Source: Gemmata obscuriglobus (lineage in GTDB: Bacteria > Planctomycetota > Planctomycetia > Gemmatales > Gemmataceae). Taken from it: a DNA stretch of 32,000 nt. The notes beneath the pieces were generated by a model. That model worked only from the letters and a program-made list of their open reading frames with translations. It was not told the DNA's origin and did not search any database. The stretch is taken from assembly GCF_008065095.1 (NCBI RefSeq), contig NZ_CP042911.1, positions 450,001 through 482,000 on the forward strand, given 5' to 3'. Below are positions 16,738 through 24,061 of this stretch, in pieces (the stretch's first letter is position 1; each line of letters starts with the position of its first letter). Both the position numbers and the translations under genes were made by a program.

Positions 16738-17367
16738 ATGGCCGTGGAAGCCGAAAAGGATATTGCGGACCTGCTGGGCCGGGTGCGCGGCGGCGACCAG
16801 CCGGCGCTGGCCGAGCTGTTCGCCAAGCACCGCGACAAGCTGCGCCGGATGGTGCAACTGCGGCTGGACCCTCGGCTCACGGGCCGCGTTTCGCCGTCGG
16901 ACGTGCTGCAAGAGGCGTACATCGACGCGCTGAAGCGCATCGACCACTACTTCGAGAAGCCGGACCAGCCGTTTTTCGGCTGGCTGCGGTTGGTCGTGGG
17001 GCAGCGGTTGGCCGATGTCCACCGCGAGCACCTGGCTCAGAAGCGCGACATCGGTCAGGAGGTCTCGATCGACCGCGGCGCGACCGCCGCCGACTCGGCG
17101 TGCCTGGCCGCGTGCCTGCTCGGGAACGGGAGCAGCCCGAGCCACGCCGCCGCCCGCACCGAGTCGTTCGCGCGGCTCGAGCAGGCCCTCGCGGCGATGG
17201 ACCCGCTCGACCGCGAGGTGCTGGCCCTGCGGCACTTCGAGGAGCTGAGCAACACCGAAACGGCCTCCCTACTGGGGGTGCAGCCCGCGGCCGCCAGCAA
17301 GCGGTACGTCCGGGCGCTGGCCCGGCTCAAACAGATTCTGGAAACGATCCCCGGGTTCACCGGGTGA
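16738..17367 (+). CDS. ECF (group 4) sigma-70 family RNA polymerase sigma factor
   Basis: Region 2 (ALAELFAKHRDKLRRMV...DVLQEAYIDALKR...FFGWLRLVVGQRLADVHREH) and region 4 (LDREVLALRHFEELSNTETASLLGVQPAAASKRYVRALARL). ATG at 16738 with GAGGG 7 nt upstream. The track ORF starting at 16219 is an over-extension. Confidence 0.9.
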   Translation: MAVEAEKDIADLLGRVRGGDQPALAELFAKHRDKLRRMVQLRLDPRLTGRVSPSDVLQEAYIDALKRIDHYFEKPDQPFFGWLRLVVGQRLADVHREHLAQKRDIGQEVSIDRGATAADSACLAACLLGNGSSPSHAAARTESFARLEQALAAMDPLDREVLALRHFEELSNTETASLLGVQPAAASKRYVRALARLKQILETIPGFTG

Positions 17368-17403
17368 CGCGCCCCGCTCCGGCCCGCCCGAGACAGGTGC
17401 CCC

Positions 17404-19800
17404 ATGCTCTCCGACGACCGCGACCCCGTGGACGTGCTGGCCGAGGAGTTCGCCGACCGGCTCCGGCGGGGCGAGCACCCGTCCGTGAGCGCCTACGCGG
17501 CGGCCCACCCCGACCACGCGGAGCAGTTGCGCGAGCTGCTACCCGCGGTCGCACAGATGGAACTGCTCAAGCGGTTCCGCACCCCCGGCGCGGAGCCGTC
17601 GCTCCCGGACCGCCTGGGCGACTTCCGCATCGTGCGCGAACTCGGCCGCGGCGGCATGGGGGTGGTGTTCGAGGCGGTTCAAGAATCGCTCGGGCGGCCC
17701 GTCGCGCTGAAGGTGCTCGCCCGGCACGCCCAGCTCGACCGGACCCGGCGCGAGCGGTTCGTGCGCGAGGCGCAGGCCGCGGCCAAATTGCACCACACGA
17801 ACATCGTGCCGGTGTTCGGCGTCGGGGAGCAGGACGGGCTGCCGTACTACGTCATGCAACTGATCCCCGGGTGCGGGCTCCACGCGCTCGTCCGCCTGTG
17901 GCGGCGGCAGCTCGGCAGGAGTGCCGAAGCGGCCCGCGAGACGCTCGCGCACGGCCCCGGGACGAAGCCCGCCGCGGCCCCGCCTTACGAGGCCGTTGAG
18001 CCGGAGCCGGACGGCCCGAACTACGGCGACTGGCGGTTCGTTGCCGGGGCCGGGCTCCAGGCGGCCGAGGCGCTCGATTACGCCCACCAGCACGGCGTGC
18101 TGCACCGCGACGTGAAGCCCGCGAACCTGCTGTTCGACGGCGCGAGCGTGTGGGTCGCGGACTTCGGCCTCGCGAAGCTGATGAACGCCGACGGCCTCAC
18201 CGCGACCGGCGACATCCTGGGCACGCTCCAGTACGTGCCGCCCGAAGGGCTGAGCGGCCGGTCCGACGACCGCAGCGACGTGTACGGCCTCGGGGCCACG
18301 CTGTACGAGCTGCTGACGCTCGAACCGCCCTACTCCGCGGACTCGCCCGCGCGCCTCGTCAAGCAAGTGACTGACGCGGACCCGCCGCCGCCCCGGGCGC
18401 TCAACCCCGATATTCCCCGGGACCTGGAAACCATCGTGCTGAAGGCGATGGCCCGCGAGCCGTCGGCCCGGTACCCCAGCGCGCGCGAGCTGGCCGACGA
18501 CCTCGACGCCTTCCTCAACGACCGGCCCATCAAGGCCCGGCGGCTGTCGCTCCCGGCGCGCGTGTGGCGCGTGTGCCGGCGGAACCCCGCGGTCGCCTCG
18601 CTGACGGCCACCACAGTCGCAGCCCTGGCCCTGGCCGCGGTGACCGGGTGGGTCTGGTTCGCGCGCGAAGAGGACCGGCGCAAGGAGGCCGAGGAAGCGC
18701 GGGCCAAAGCCGACCGGGCGACCGCCGAGGCCGTCGCGCTTTCGGCTCGGCTCGAGGCGAATTTGAAGCTGTCGCTGGACACGATGGAGAAGGTGTTCGA
18801 GGTGGCCAGCGCGAGCGGCCAACCCGGATCGTGGCTGCCCATCCCGCGCGGGCCGATCGGCGGGCGCGGCCCCGAGCACCGCGGGCCGTTCGGCGGGTTC
18901 GGGCCGAAGGACGGACCGTTCGGCGGCCCGAAGGACGGGTCCAAAGACGGCCAGGACGGCGGCCCCGGCGGCCCGCACACCGAACTCGCCGCCGACAAGG
19001 CCGCGATCCTCGAAGCGGTGCTCGCGTTTTACGACAAGTTCGTGGAGCAGAACCCGCCGACCCCGCGGCTCCAGTTCGAGGCCGCCAAGGCGTCGCGCCG
19101 GGTGTGCGAGGCCCATATGTGGCTGCGGCGGCCCGAGAAGGCGGCGGCCGCGTTCGACCGCGCGGTGACGCTCCTGGAGCCGCTCGTCCGAGACAACAAG
19201 GACAACGAGGGGATGCGGACCGAACTGGTGATGGCGTACCTGACCGCGCCGCCGGGCGTGTTCCCGCAGGACCCCGAGCGGCCGCTCCGCCGCGCCGCCG
19301 AACTGGCCGAAGGGCGCGAGTGGCTGAGTGGGTCGGTGAGGGTGCGGGCCGGCTGGACCGCGGAGCAGGGCGGCAACCGTACCGCGGCTGCGGCGAACTA
19401 CGATGCAGCGATCGTGTCGTTCACGGACCCCGAGGTGGTCCCGCCGGCGCATGCGCACCTCGAACTAGGGTTCACACGCTATCGACTCGCGAGCGTGCTG
19501 TCGGCGCAAGGGAAGTTGTCCCTGGCGCGCAAGACGCTCGAAGAGTCGGTGGAATCGCTCGCCCCACTGGCCGGACCTCCGACGGAGCGCCCGGGCGAGG
19601 GACCGCGTCTCCGCCACGAGCGCGAGCTGCTGGCTGCGACCTACGGCGCGTTGGCCGAAGTCTGCGCCCGGCTGAACGACACCCGCGCGTCCTGGAACGC
19701 ATCCGATAAAGCCACGCAATACGGCGAGTTCGGCGGCTTCGGCGGCATGCGGGGCAAAAAGGACGGCAAGAAGGACTGGCAGCCGCTCAAGAAAAATTAG
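17404..19800 (+). CDS. Membrane Ser/Thr protein kinase with extracytoplasmic G/P-rich and helical-repeat region
   Basis: GRGGMGVVF...VALKVL, HRDVKPANLL, DFGLAK, GTLQYVPPE. A single TM (AVASLTATTVAALALAAVTGWVWFA) follows the kinase domain. An insert of roughly 60 aa lies between the hinge and the catalytic loop. The gene starts 36 nt after the sigma gene stop. Confidence 0.9.
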   Translation: MLSDDRDPVDVLAEEFADRLRRGEHPSVSAYAAAHPDHAEQLRELLPAVAQMELLKRFRTPGAEPSLPDRLGDFRIVRELGRGGMGVVFEAVQESLGRPVALKVLARHAQLDRTRRERFVREAQAAAKLHHTNIVPVFGVGEQDGLPYYVMQLIPGCGLHALVRLWRRQLGRSAEAARETLAHGPGTKPAAAPPYEAVEPEPDGPNYGDWRFVAGAGLQAAEALDYAHQHGVLHRDVKPANLLFDGASVWVADFGLAKLMNADGLTATGDILGTLQYVPPEGLSGRSDDRSDVYGLGATLYELLTLEPPYSADSPARLVKQVTDADPPPPRALNPDIPRDLETIVLKAMAREPSARYPSARELADDLDAFLNDRPIKARRLSLPARVWRVCRRNPAVASLTATTVAALALAAVTGWVWFAREEDRRKEAEEARAKADRATAEAVALSARLEANLKLSLDTMEKVFEVASASGQPGSWLPIPRGPIGGRGPEHRGPFGGFGPKDGPFGGPKDGSKDGQDGGPGGPHTELAADKAAILEAVLAFYDKFVEQNPPTPRLQFEAAKASRRVCEAHMWLRRPEKAAAAFDRAVTLLEPLVRDNKDNEGMRTELVMAYLTAPPGVFPQDPERPLRRAAELAEGREWLSGSVRVRAGWTAEQGGNRTAAAANYDAAIVSFTDPEVVPPAHAHLELGFTRYRLASVLSAQGKLSLARKTLEESVESLAPLAGPPTERPGEGPRLRHERELLAATYGALAEVCARLNDTRASWNASDKATQYGEFGGFGGMRGKKDGKKDWQPLKKN

Positions 19801-19813
19801 CCGCCCTCGCGTT

Positions 19814-19935
19814 GTGTCTGGAGTGTGGCCCGCTCGCTCCGCGAGCGGTGCTTCGCGCGTCAGATCACGGTTACGAATCGCAGCACCGGCCACATCGCAA
19901 CCGCTCGCGGAGTGAGCGGACCACACCCCAGACAC
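19814..19935. repeat. Long inverted repeat (35-nt arms, 52-nt spacer) filling the convergent kinase / heme-protein gap; REP/MITE-like element or bidirectional terminator
   Basis: The left arm, GTGTCTGGAGTGTGGCCCGCTCGCTCCGCGAGCGG (19814-19848), pairs with the right arm, CCGCTCGCGGAGTGAGCGGACCACACCCCAGACAC (19901-19935), at 32 of 35 positions. The three differences are all transitions. Each arm also contains its own small hairpin (CCGCTCGC-TCC-GCGAGCGG). Confidence 0.7.
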
Positions 19936-19959
19936 CACACGGGTTCCGCGCGAACCGCG

Positions 19960-21732
19960 TCAATCGTCCTTCGCGGGCGGGATCGGGTCGACCGGCTTTA
20001 CCGCCTTCGGTTCGACCGGCGCGGGCGCCTCGGCCTTCCCGTCCTTCTCGTCCTTCGGAGCCGGCGCGTCGAACGCAGCCAGGTACGCCGAGAAGCCCTT
20101 GTAGCTGTCGAGCGGGTAATCCTCCTGCTTCTTGCCCGGCGCGTGGCACGTCGCGCACCGGTTGTCGATCAGCGTCTTGATCTTCACCTTACCGTCTTTC
20201 ACGAAGTCCGGCGTGACGGCCTTGTCGCCCCCGCCCGGGAACTCGAACGTGTCGGCCTCGTAGCTGCTCTTGCGCACCGCGTCCGGGCTGCGCGCCCACG
20301 CGACCAGCGCATTAAGGTCGCTCTGGCGCTGGGCCTTGAGCTTGTCCTGCTCGGCCGGCGAGCCGCTCTTCATCGCGTCCGCGTACTTCTTTTCCTTGTC
20401 GAAGAACGCGCGGATCATGCCGCCGTCTTCCCCCCCCGCGAACTTCAGCTCGGTCAGCGGAACCGGCTTGCCCGCGGGATCGAGCGGCCGCGTCAACAGC
20501 CGGTCGATTTCGTTGATCGGCTTCTTGGGCGTGACCACCACCGGAACAAAAGGTTCCTTCTTGTCTTCCATCTTCTTGTCCTCAGGCTTCTTGACCTCGG
20601 GCTTCTTGATCTCGGGCTTGCCCGCGTCCGGTTCCGGGTCCGCGGCCTGCTTGTCCTCGACCTTCGGCTTCGGCAGGGCGGGCACGAGCAACTTCGTCAC
20701 GAACGCCCCGCCCGCGACCGCGCCCACCACGAACAGCAGCCCGATCACCACCCGCCCCTTGAGCCCGTACATGGTGAACAGGCTGCCGGCGATGTGGACG
20801 AACAGCCCGACGGCGGCGAGGAACCCGGTGAGGATCACGGCCATCGCGAAGAACGGCCCGTACTCGTCGCACAGCCGGGCGAGCCACCACATCGACACGT
20901 CCGCGAACACCATGACCACGACCCACGGCCCGCCGATCACGCGCATCCACGCCGGCCAACTGCTCAGCGCGAAGATCAGCCCCGTGAGCGAGAACAGCAC
21001 CGCGAAGCTCAGCAGGTGGGCGTGGGTCGATTGCGTCAGCTTGCTGATGCTGATCGGCTCCTCGACCTTGATGTAGCCGTACTTGTCGGGCTGCGGCGGG
21101 GGCGGCGGGGGCGGAACGAACTTCATCAGCCCCGCGTAGCTGTCGAGCGCCGGCTCCTCCTTCTCGCCGCCCTTCGAGTGGCACGTCACGCACCGGGAGT
21201 CGATCAGCGTCTTGATCTTGACCGCGTCGCCGTCCTTCAGCCCCGCGGTCAGGGCCTTCGGCGTCTTGCCGGCGGGCGGCACGAACTTGTCGGCCTCGTA
21301 GGCCGCCTTACGCTCCGCGTCCGGCGTGCGGATCCACTGCACGAGCACCCGCTGCTCGCCCTTGCGCTCGGCCCGCACCTCGGCCTCCGGGCGCGCCTTG
21401 ACGTGCTCCGAGAACTTGAGGTGCTTCGGCCCGCGGTCGTGCGCGGTGAACGCGCCGGCCATCGTGCTGCCGTTGATCTCTTCCGTCTGGGCGACGATCA
21501 GCGCCTCGAGCCGGGATGCCGGTGACTCCGGGGGCGGCGCGTTGGGGTCGAACTTCTTCTTGCCGGTGAACTTCAGCACCACGTCCTCGGGCGTGGGCAT
21601 CGGCTTGCCGGACTTCGAGTCCTGGATGTGCAGTTGCAGCACCGCCGACGAGTACCCGGCGCCCACCGCGAGCAGGAACACGGTCGCCACCACCTTGACG
21701 GGCAGGGGCAGGTCACGGAGCGTGTAACTCAT
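19960..21732 (-). CDS. Polytopic membrane protein with two duplicated CxxCH (c-type heme-binding, PSCyt1-like) modules
   Basis: CVTCH (21178-21192) and CATCH (20143-20157). Each sits in a repeated module: W(I/A)R.PDA.RK..YEAD.F...G....T....KDG.VKIKTLID.RC.TCH..G.K.E..LDSY.G. TM1 is near the N-terminus and four TMs lie between the modules. GGAG lies 8 nt upstream of the ATG at 21732. Confidence 0.75.
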   Translation of the reverse strand: MSYTLRDLPLPVKVVATVFLLAVGAGYSSAVLQLHIQDSKSGKPMPTPEDVVLKFTGKKKFDPNAPPPESPASRLEALIVAQTEEINGSTMAGAFTAHDRGPKHLKFSEHVKARPEAEVRAERKGEQRVLVQWIRTPDAERKAAYEADKFVPPAGKTPKALTAGLKDGDAVKIKTLIDSRCVTCHSKGGEKEEPALDSYAGLMKFVPPPPPPPQPDKYGYIKVEEPISISKLTQSTHAHLLSFAVLFSLTGLIFALSSWPAWMRVIGGPWVVVMVFADVSMWWLARLCDEYGPFFAMAVILTGFLAAVGLFVHIAGSLFTMYGLKGRVVIGLLFVVGAVAGGAFVTKLLVPALPKPKVEDKQAADPEPDAGKPEIKKPEVKKPEDKKMEDKKEPFVPVVVTPKKPINEIDRLLTRPLDPAGKPVPLTELKFAGGEDGGMIRAFFDKEKKYADAMKSGSPAEQDKLKAQRQSDLNALVAWARSPDAVRKSSYEADTFEFPGGGDKAVTPDFVKDGKVKIKTLIDNRCATCHAPGKKQEDYPLDSYKGFSAYLAAFDAPAPKDEKDGKAEAPAPVEPKAVKPVDPIPPAKDD

Positions 21733-22164
21733 TGGGAACTCCAGAAGGAGTTGTGGTAGGTCTCGTTATCGAGCGTCACCCGGCCGTAACAGGAGTCCGG
21801 TCGGGGCGGGAACCGCCAACCGGTCGGTCGGCACACCCGGCATTTCCCACCCCTAATTTCCCGATTCGGCACTTCCAGAAGTTTTCGCTTCCCGCATCCG
21901 TGCCGGGCGGAGCATTGGCAACGGGCACCGAACCGCGAAGCACGCTCGTTGGCGCCGATTAACTGCGTTGCAAACGCTGCCGTTGCAAATACTTACAGTC
22001 GTTATTCGGCGTGCGGCCGGACCCGCTCCCGGTCGCATTCGACCCGACCGCGGTGCCCGGAACGCACGATTCGCGTGGTAGCGACCACCCAGCGAACCGC
22101 CAGCGAATGGGTAGTCCACGGCCAGCAGATGTCCCGTCGCGGCCCCATTGGCTACCGGCGGTGT

Positions 22165-22190
22165 CGCGCTGTAACCCCCGTTACAGCGCG
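22165..22190 (-). terminator. Perfect 11-bp hairpin just downstream of the nrnA-like gene (candidate terminator, no U tract)
   Basis: CGCGCTGTAAC (22165-22175), loop CCCC, GTTACAGCGCG (22180-22190). It begins about 20 nt beyond the stop at 22210-22212. Confidence 0.5.
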
Positions 22191-22209
22191 GGCGAGCAAG
22201 CCGCACGCC

Positions 22210-23187
22210 TTACTGGCCCGCCAGGACGGCTTCGGCCGCGGCGAGCACCTCCTCGCGGGCCTCCGCGAGCGGCTTCCCGAGCCGGGCGCCGCTCGCGAGC
22301 TTGTGCCCGCCGCCGCCCCACTTCTCGGCGAGCTTGGACACGTCGGCGGCCCGCGACCGGAAGCTCACCTTCGTCCCGCCGCCGGGCTGCTCGATGAACA
22401 CCAGCGCCAGCTCCACGCCCTCCACCGAGCGCGGGTAGTTGATCAGGTCTTCCGTGTCGCCCGGGACGGACCCGGTTTTCTCGTAGTCGGCCAGCGCGAT
22501 CTCGGTGAACCCGATCTTCCCGTTCGCCCGCACCCCGAGCCGCTCCAGGGCCACCGCGGTGAGCTTGAACCGGGCCAGCGAGGCCGCCTCGTACAACTGC
22601 TCGTACAGGGCCGTCGGGTTCGCCCCGGCCGCGACCAGTTCGCCGCATAGCGCGAAGGTCTGCGCCGTCGCGTTCGGGTGCCGGAACCAGCCCGTGTCGG
22701 TCGCCACCGCCATGAACAGGTGGTTCGCCGCCGCCGCGCTCAGCGGGGCGCCCAGGGCGCGGATCAGCTCGTAGGCGAGCCGACCGGCGGCCTCCGCGGT
22801 GGTGTCCACCAGTTGGAGCCCGCCCAGGTCGTCCTGCGTGCGGTGGTGGTCCACGACCGCACGCGGCAGCGGCGACTTCCGCAACCAGTCGCCGAAATCG
22901 CCGAGCTGGTTCCACGTCCCGGTGTCGAGGATCACCACGCAGTCCCGGTCCGTGAACGCGGCCGGCTTGAAGTCCTCAATGACCGCCCGCTTGGGGTCGA
23001 GGAACTCGTACCGCGGGAGCAGCTTGCTGGCGATCGCCACGCGGGGGTACTTTCCGATGGCAGCGAGCGCGTCGCGGAGCGCCAACTGCGCGCCCATCCC
23101 GTCGGCGTCCGGGCGCACGTGGGTCATCAGGAGCGGGCGGTCGTGACGGCGCAGGAGGTCAACCAGCGGGGACCAGTCGAGCGGCAT
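22210..23187 (-). CDS. nrnA: DHH/DHHA1 phosphoesterase, NrnA-like (oligoribonuclease / pAp phosphatase)
   Basis: Motifs HVRPDADGMGA, ILDTG, VVDHH and the DHHA1 GGGGH (KWGGGGHKLASGA). The most plausible start is the ATG at the complement of 23185-23187 (MPLDWSPLVDLL...); the track uses an upstream GTG at 23232. Confidence 0.85.
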   Translation of the reverse strand: MPLDWSPLVDLLRRHDRPLLMTHVRPDADGMGAQLALRDALAAIGKYPRVAIASKLLPRYEFLDPKRAVIEDFKPAAFTDRDCVVILDTGTWNQLGDFGDWLRKSPLPRAVVDHHRTQDDLGGLQLVDTTAEAAGRLAYELIRALGAPLSAAAANHLFMAVATDTGWFRHPNATAQTFALCGELVAAGANPTALYEQLYEAASLARFKLTAVALERLGVRANGKIGFTEIALADYEKTGSVPGDTEDLINYPRSVEGVELALVFIEQPGGGTKVSFRSRAADVSKLAEKWGGGGHKLASGARLGKPLAEAREEVLAAAEAVLAGQ

Positions 23188-23344
23188 GTAATGCGTTCCA
23201 ATGGCGAGATAGGTGAATTGTAACCGGCCCACCGCATCCGGAAACGAGAATTCGGGCGCCGCGCCGGCGGAAGTGACCGCGCGAGCCGGAACGGGACACC
23301 GCCCCGAAATTCGCCAGTCTTTCCGAACCGAGTGAAAGTTGGGC

Positions 23345-23400
23345 TTGTCGCTTATTTCACAAGTGGTTACTATTTACCGGACGGACCAATCCGTTAAATA
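23345..23400 (+). promoter_or_regulatory. Candidate promoter (TTGTCG-17 nt-TACTAT) and overlapping imperfect inverted repeat (candidate TetR operator)
   Basis: TTGTCG at 23345-23350 and TACTAT at 23368-23373. Inverted repeat: TATTTA(23371-76)..ACGGA(23381-85) CCAA TCCGT(23390-94) TAAATA(23395-400). This is the AT-richest stretch of the locus, directly upstream of tetR (ATG 23423). Confidence 0.4.
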
Positions 23401-23422
23401 TCTAAAATCAGTGAAACGCCGT

Positions 23423-24061
23423 ATGAGTGTCACTGAGAACCGGAAGCCCGGGCGCCCGCGCGACCCCGATCTGGAGGCGCGGCGCAAGGCCCAGATCCTG
23501 GACACCGCCGCCCGCGTGTTCGCCACCTTCGGGTTCGCGAACACGCAGGTGCAGACCATCGCCAACCACCTCGGGGTCGGGAACGGGACCGTGTACCGGT
23601 ACTTCCCGACCAAGGAGCAACTGTTCCTCAGCGCCGTCGAGCGCGGGCTGAAGGAGCTGGAAGCCGAGATGGACGGCGTGCTGGCGCAGCCCCACCAAGG
23701 GGCCGACCTGATCCGCGCCGCGGTGCGGGCGTACCTGGGGTTCTTCCACCGGCGGCCCGAGATGGCGGAGCTGTTCATCCAGGAGCGGGCCGCGTTCCCG
23801 CACCACCACCGGCCGCTCTACTTCGTCACCAAGAACGCCGAGGCCGAGTGCAAGCACGAGGCGTTCTTCAACCACCTCGTGAGCGCCGGCGCGATCCGGG
23901 CGGTGCCGCGGGAGCGGTTCTTTAACGTGCTGGGCGATCTGCTGTACGGCACCATCCTCACCAACCTGCTGACCGGCCGCCCGAGCGACCCGGACGCGCA
24001 GGCCGCGGACGTGCTCGATGTGGTGCTGAACGGTGTTCTTGCGGCAAAGGAGACGCGATGA
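23423..24061 (+). CDS. TetR-family transcriptional regulator of the RND operon
   Basis: ILDTAARVFATFGFANTQVQTIANHLGVGNGTVYRYFPTKEQLF. ATG at 23423 follows the only AT-rich stretch of the locus. Its stop overlaps the next ATG (ATGA at 24058-24061). Confidence 0.9.
   Translation: MSVTENRKPGRPRDPDLEARRKAQILDTAARVFATFGFANTQVQTIANHLGVGNGTVYRYFPTKEQLFLSAVERGLKELEAEMDGVLAQPHQGADLIRAAVRAYLGFFHRRPEMAELFIQERAAFPHHHRPLYFVTKNAEAECKHEAFFNHLVSAGAIRAVPRERFFNVLGDLLYGTILTNLLTGRPSDPDAQAADVLDVVLNGVLAAKETR

Noticed and set aside
17539-19458. 639-aa minus-strand ORF opposite the Ser/Thr kinase. The same applies to 17100-17999, 18564-19709 and 19825-21525 opposite or out of frame with real genes.
   Set aside because: Same reasoning: arginine/glycine/proline-rich nonsense, while the kinase and heme-protein frames carry canonical motifs.
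21961-21995. Sigma-54 promoter on the minus strand (CGGCAGCGTTTGCA resembles TGGCAC-N5-TTGCA)
   Set aside because: By my count, the GG-to-GC spacing is two nucleotides shorter than the invariant -24/-12 spacing.
21853-22206. 117-aa minus-strand ORF and 76-aa plus-strand ORF (21732-21962) in the long spacer
   Set aside because: The translations are arginine-rich with no hydrophobic periodicity or motifs. Third-position GC is not elevated as it is in real genes here.
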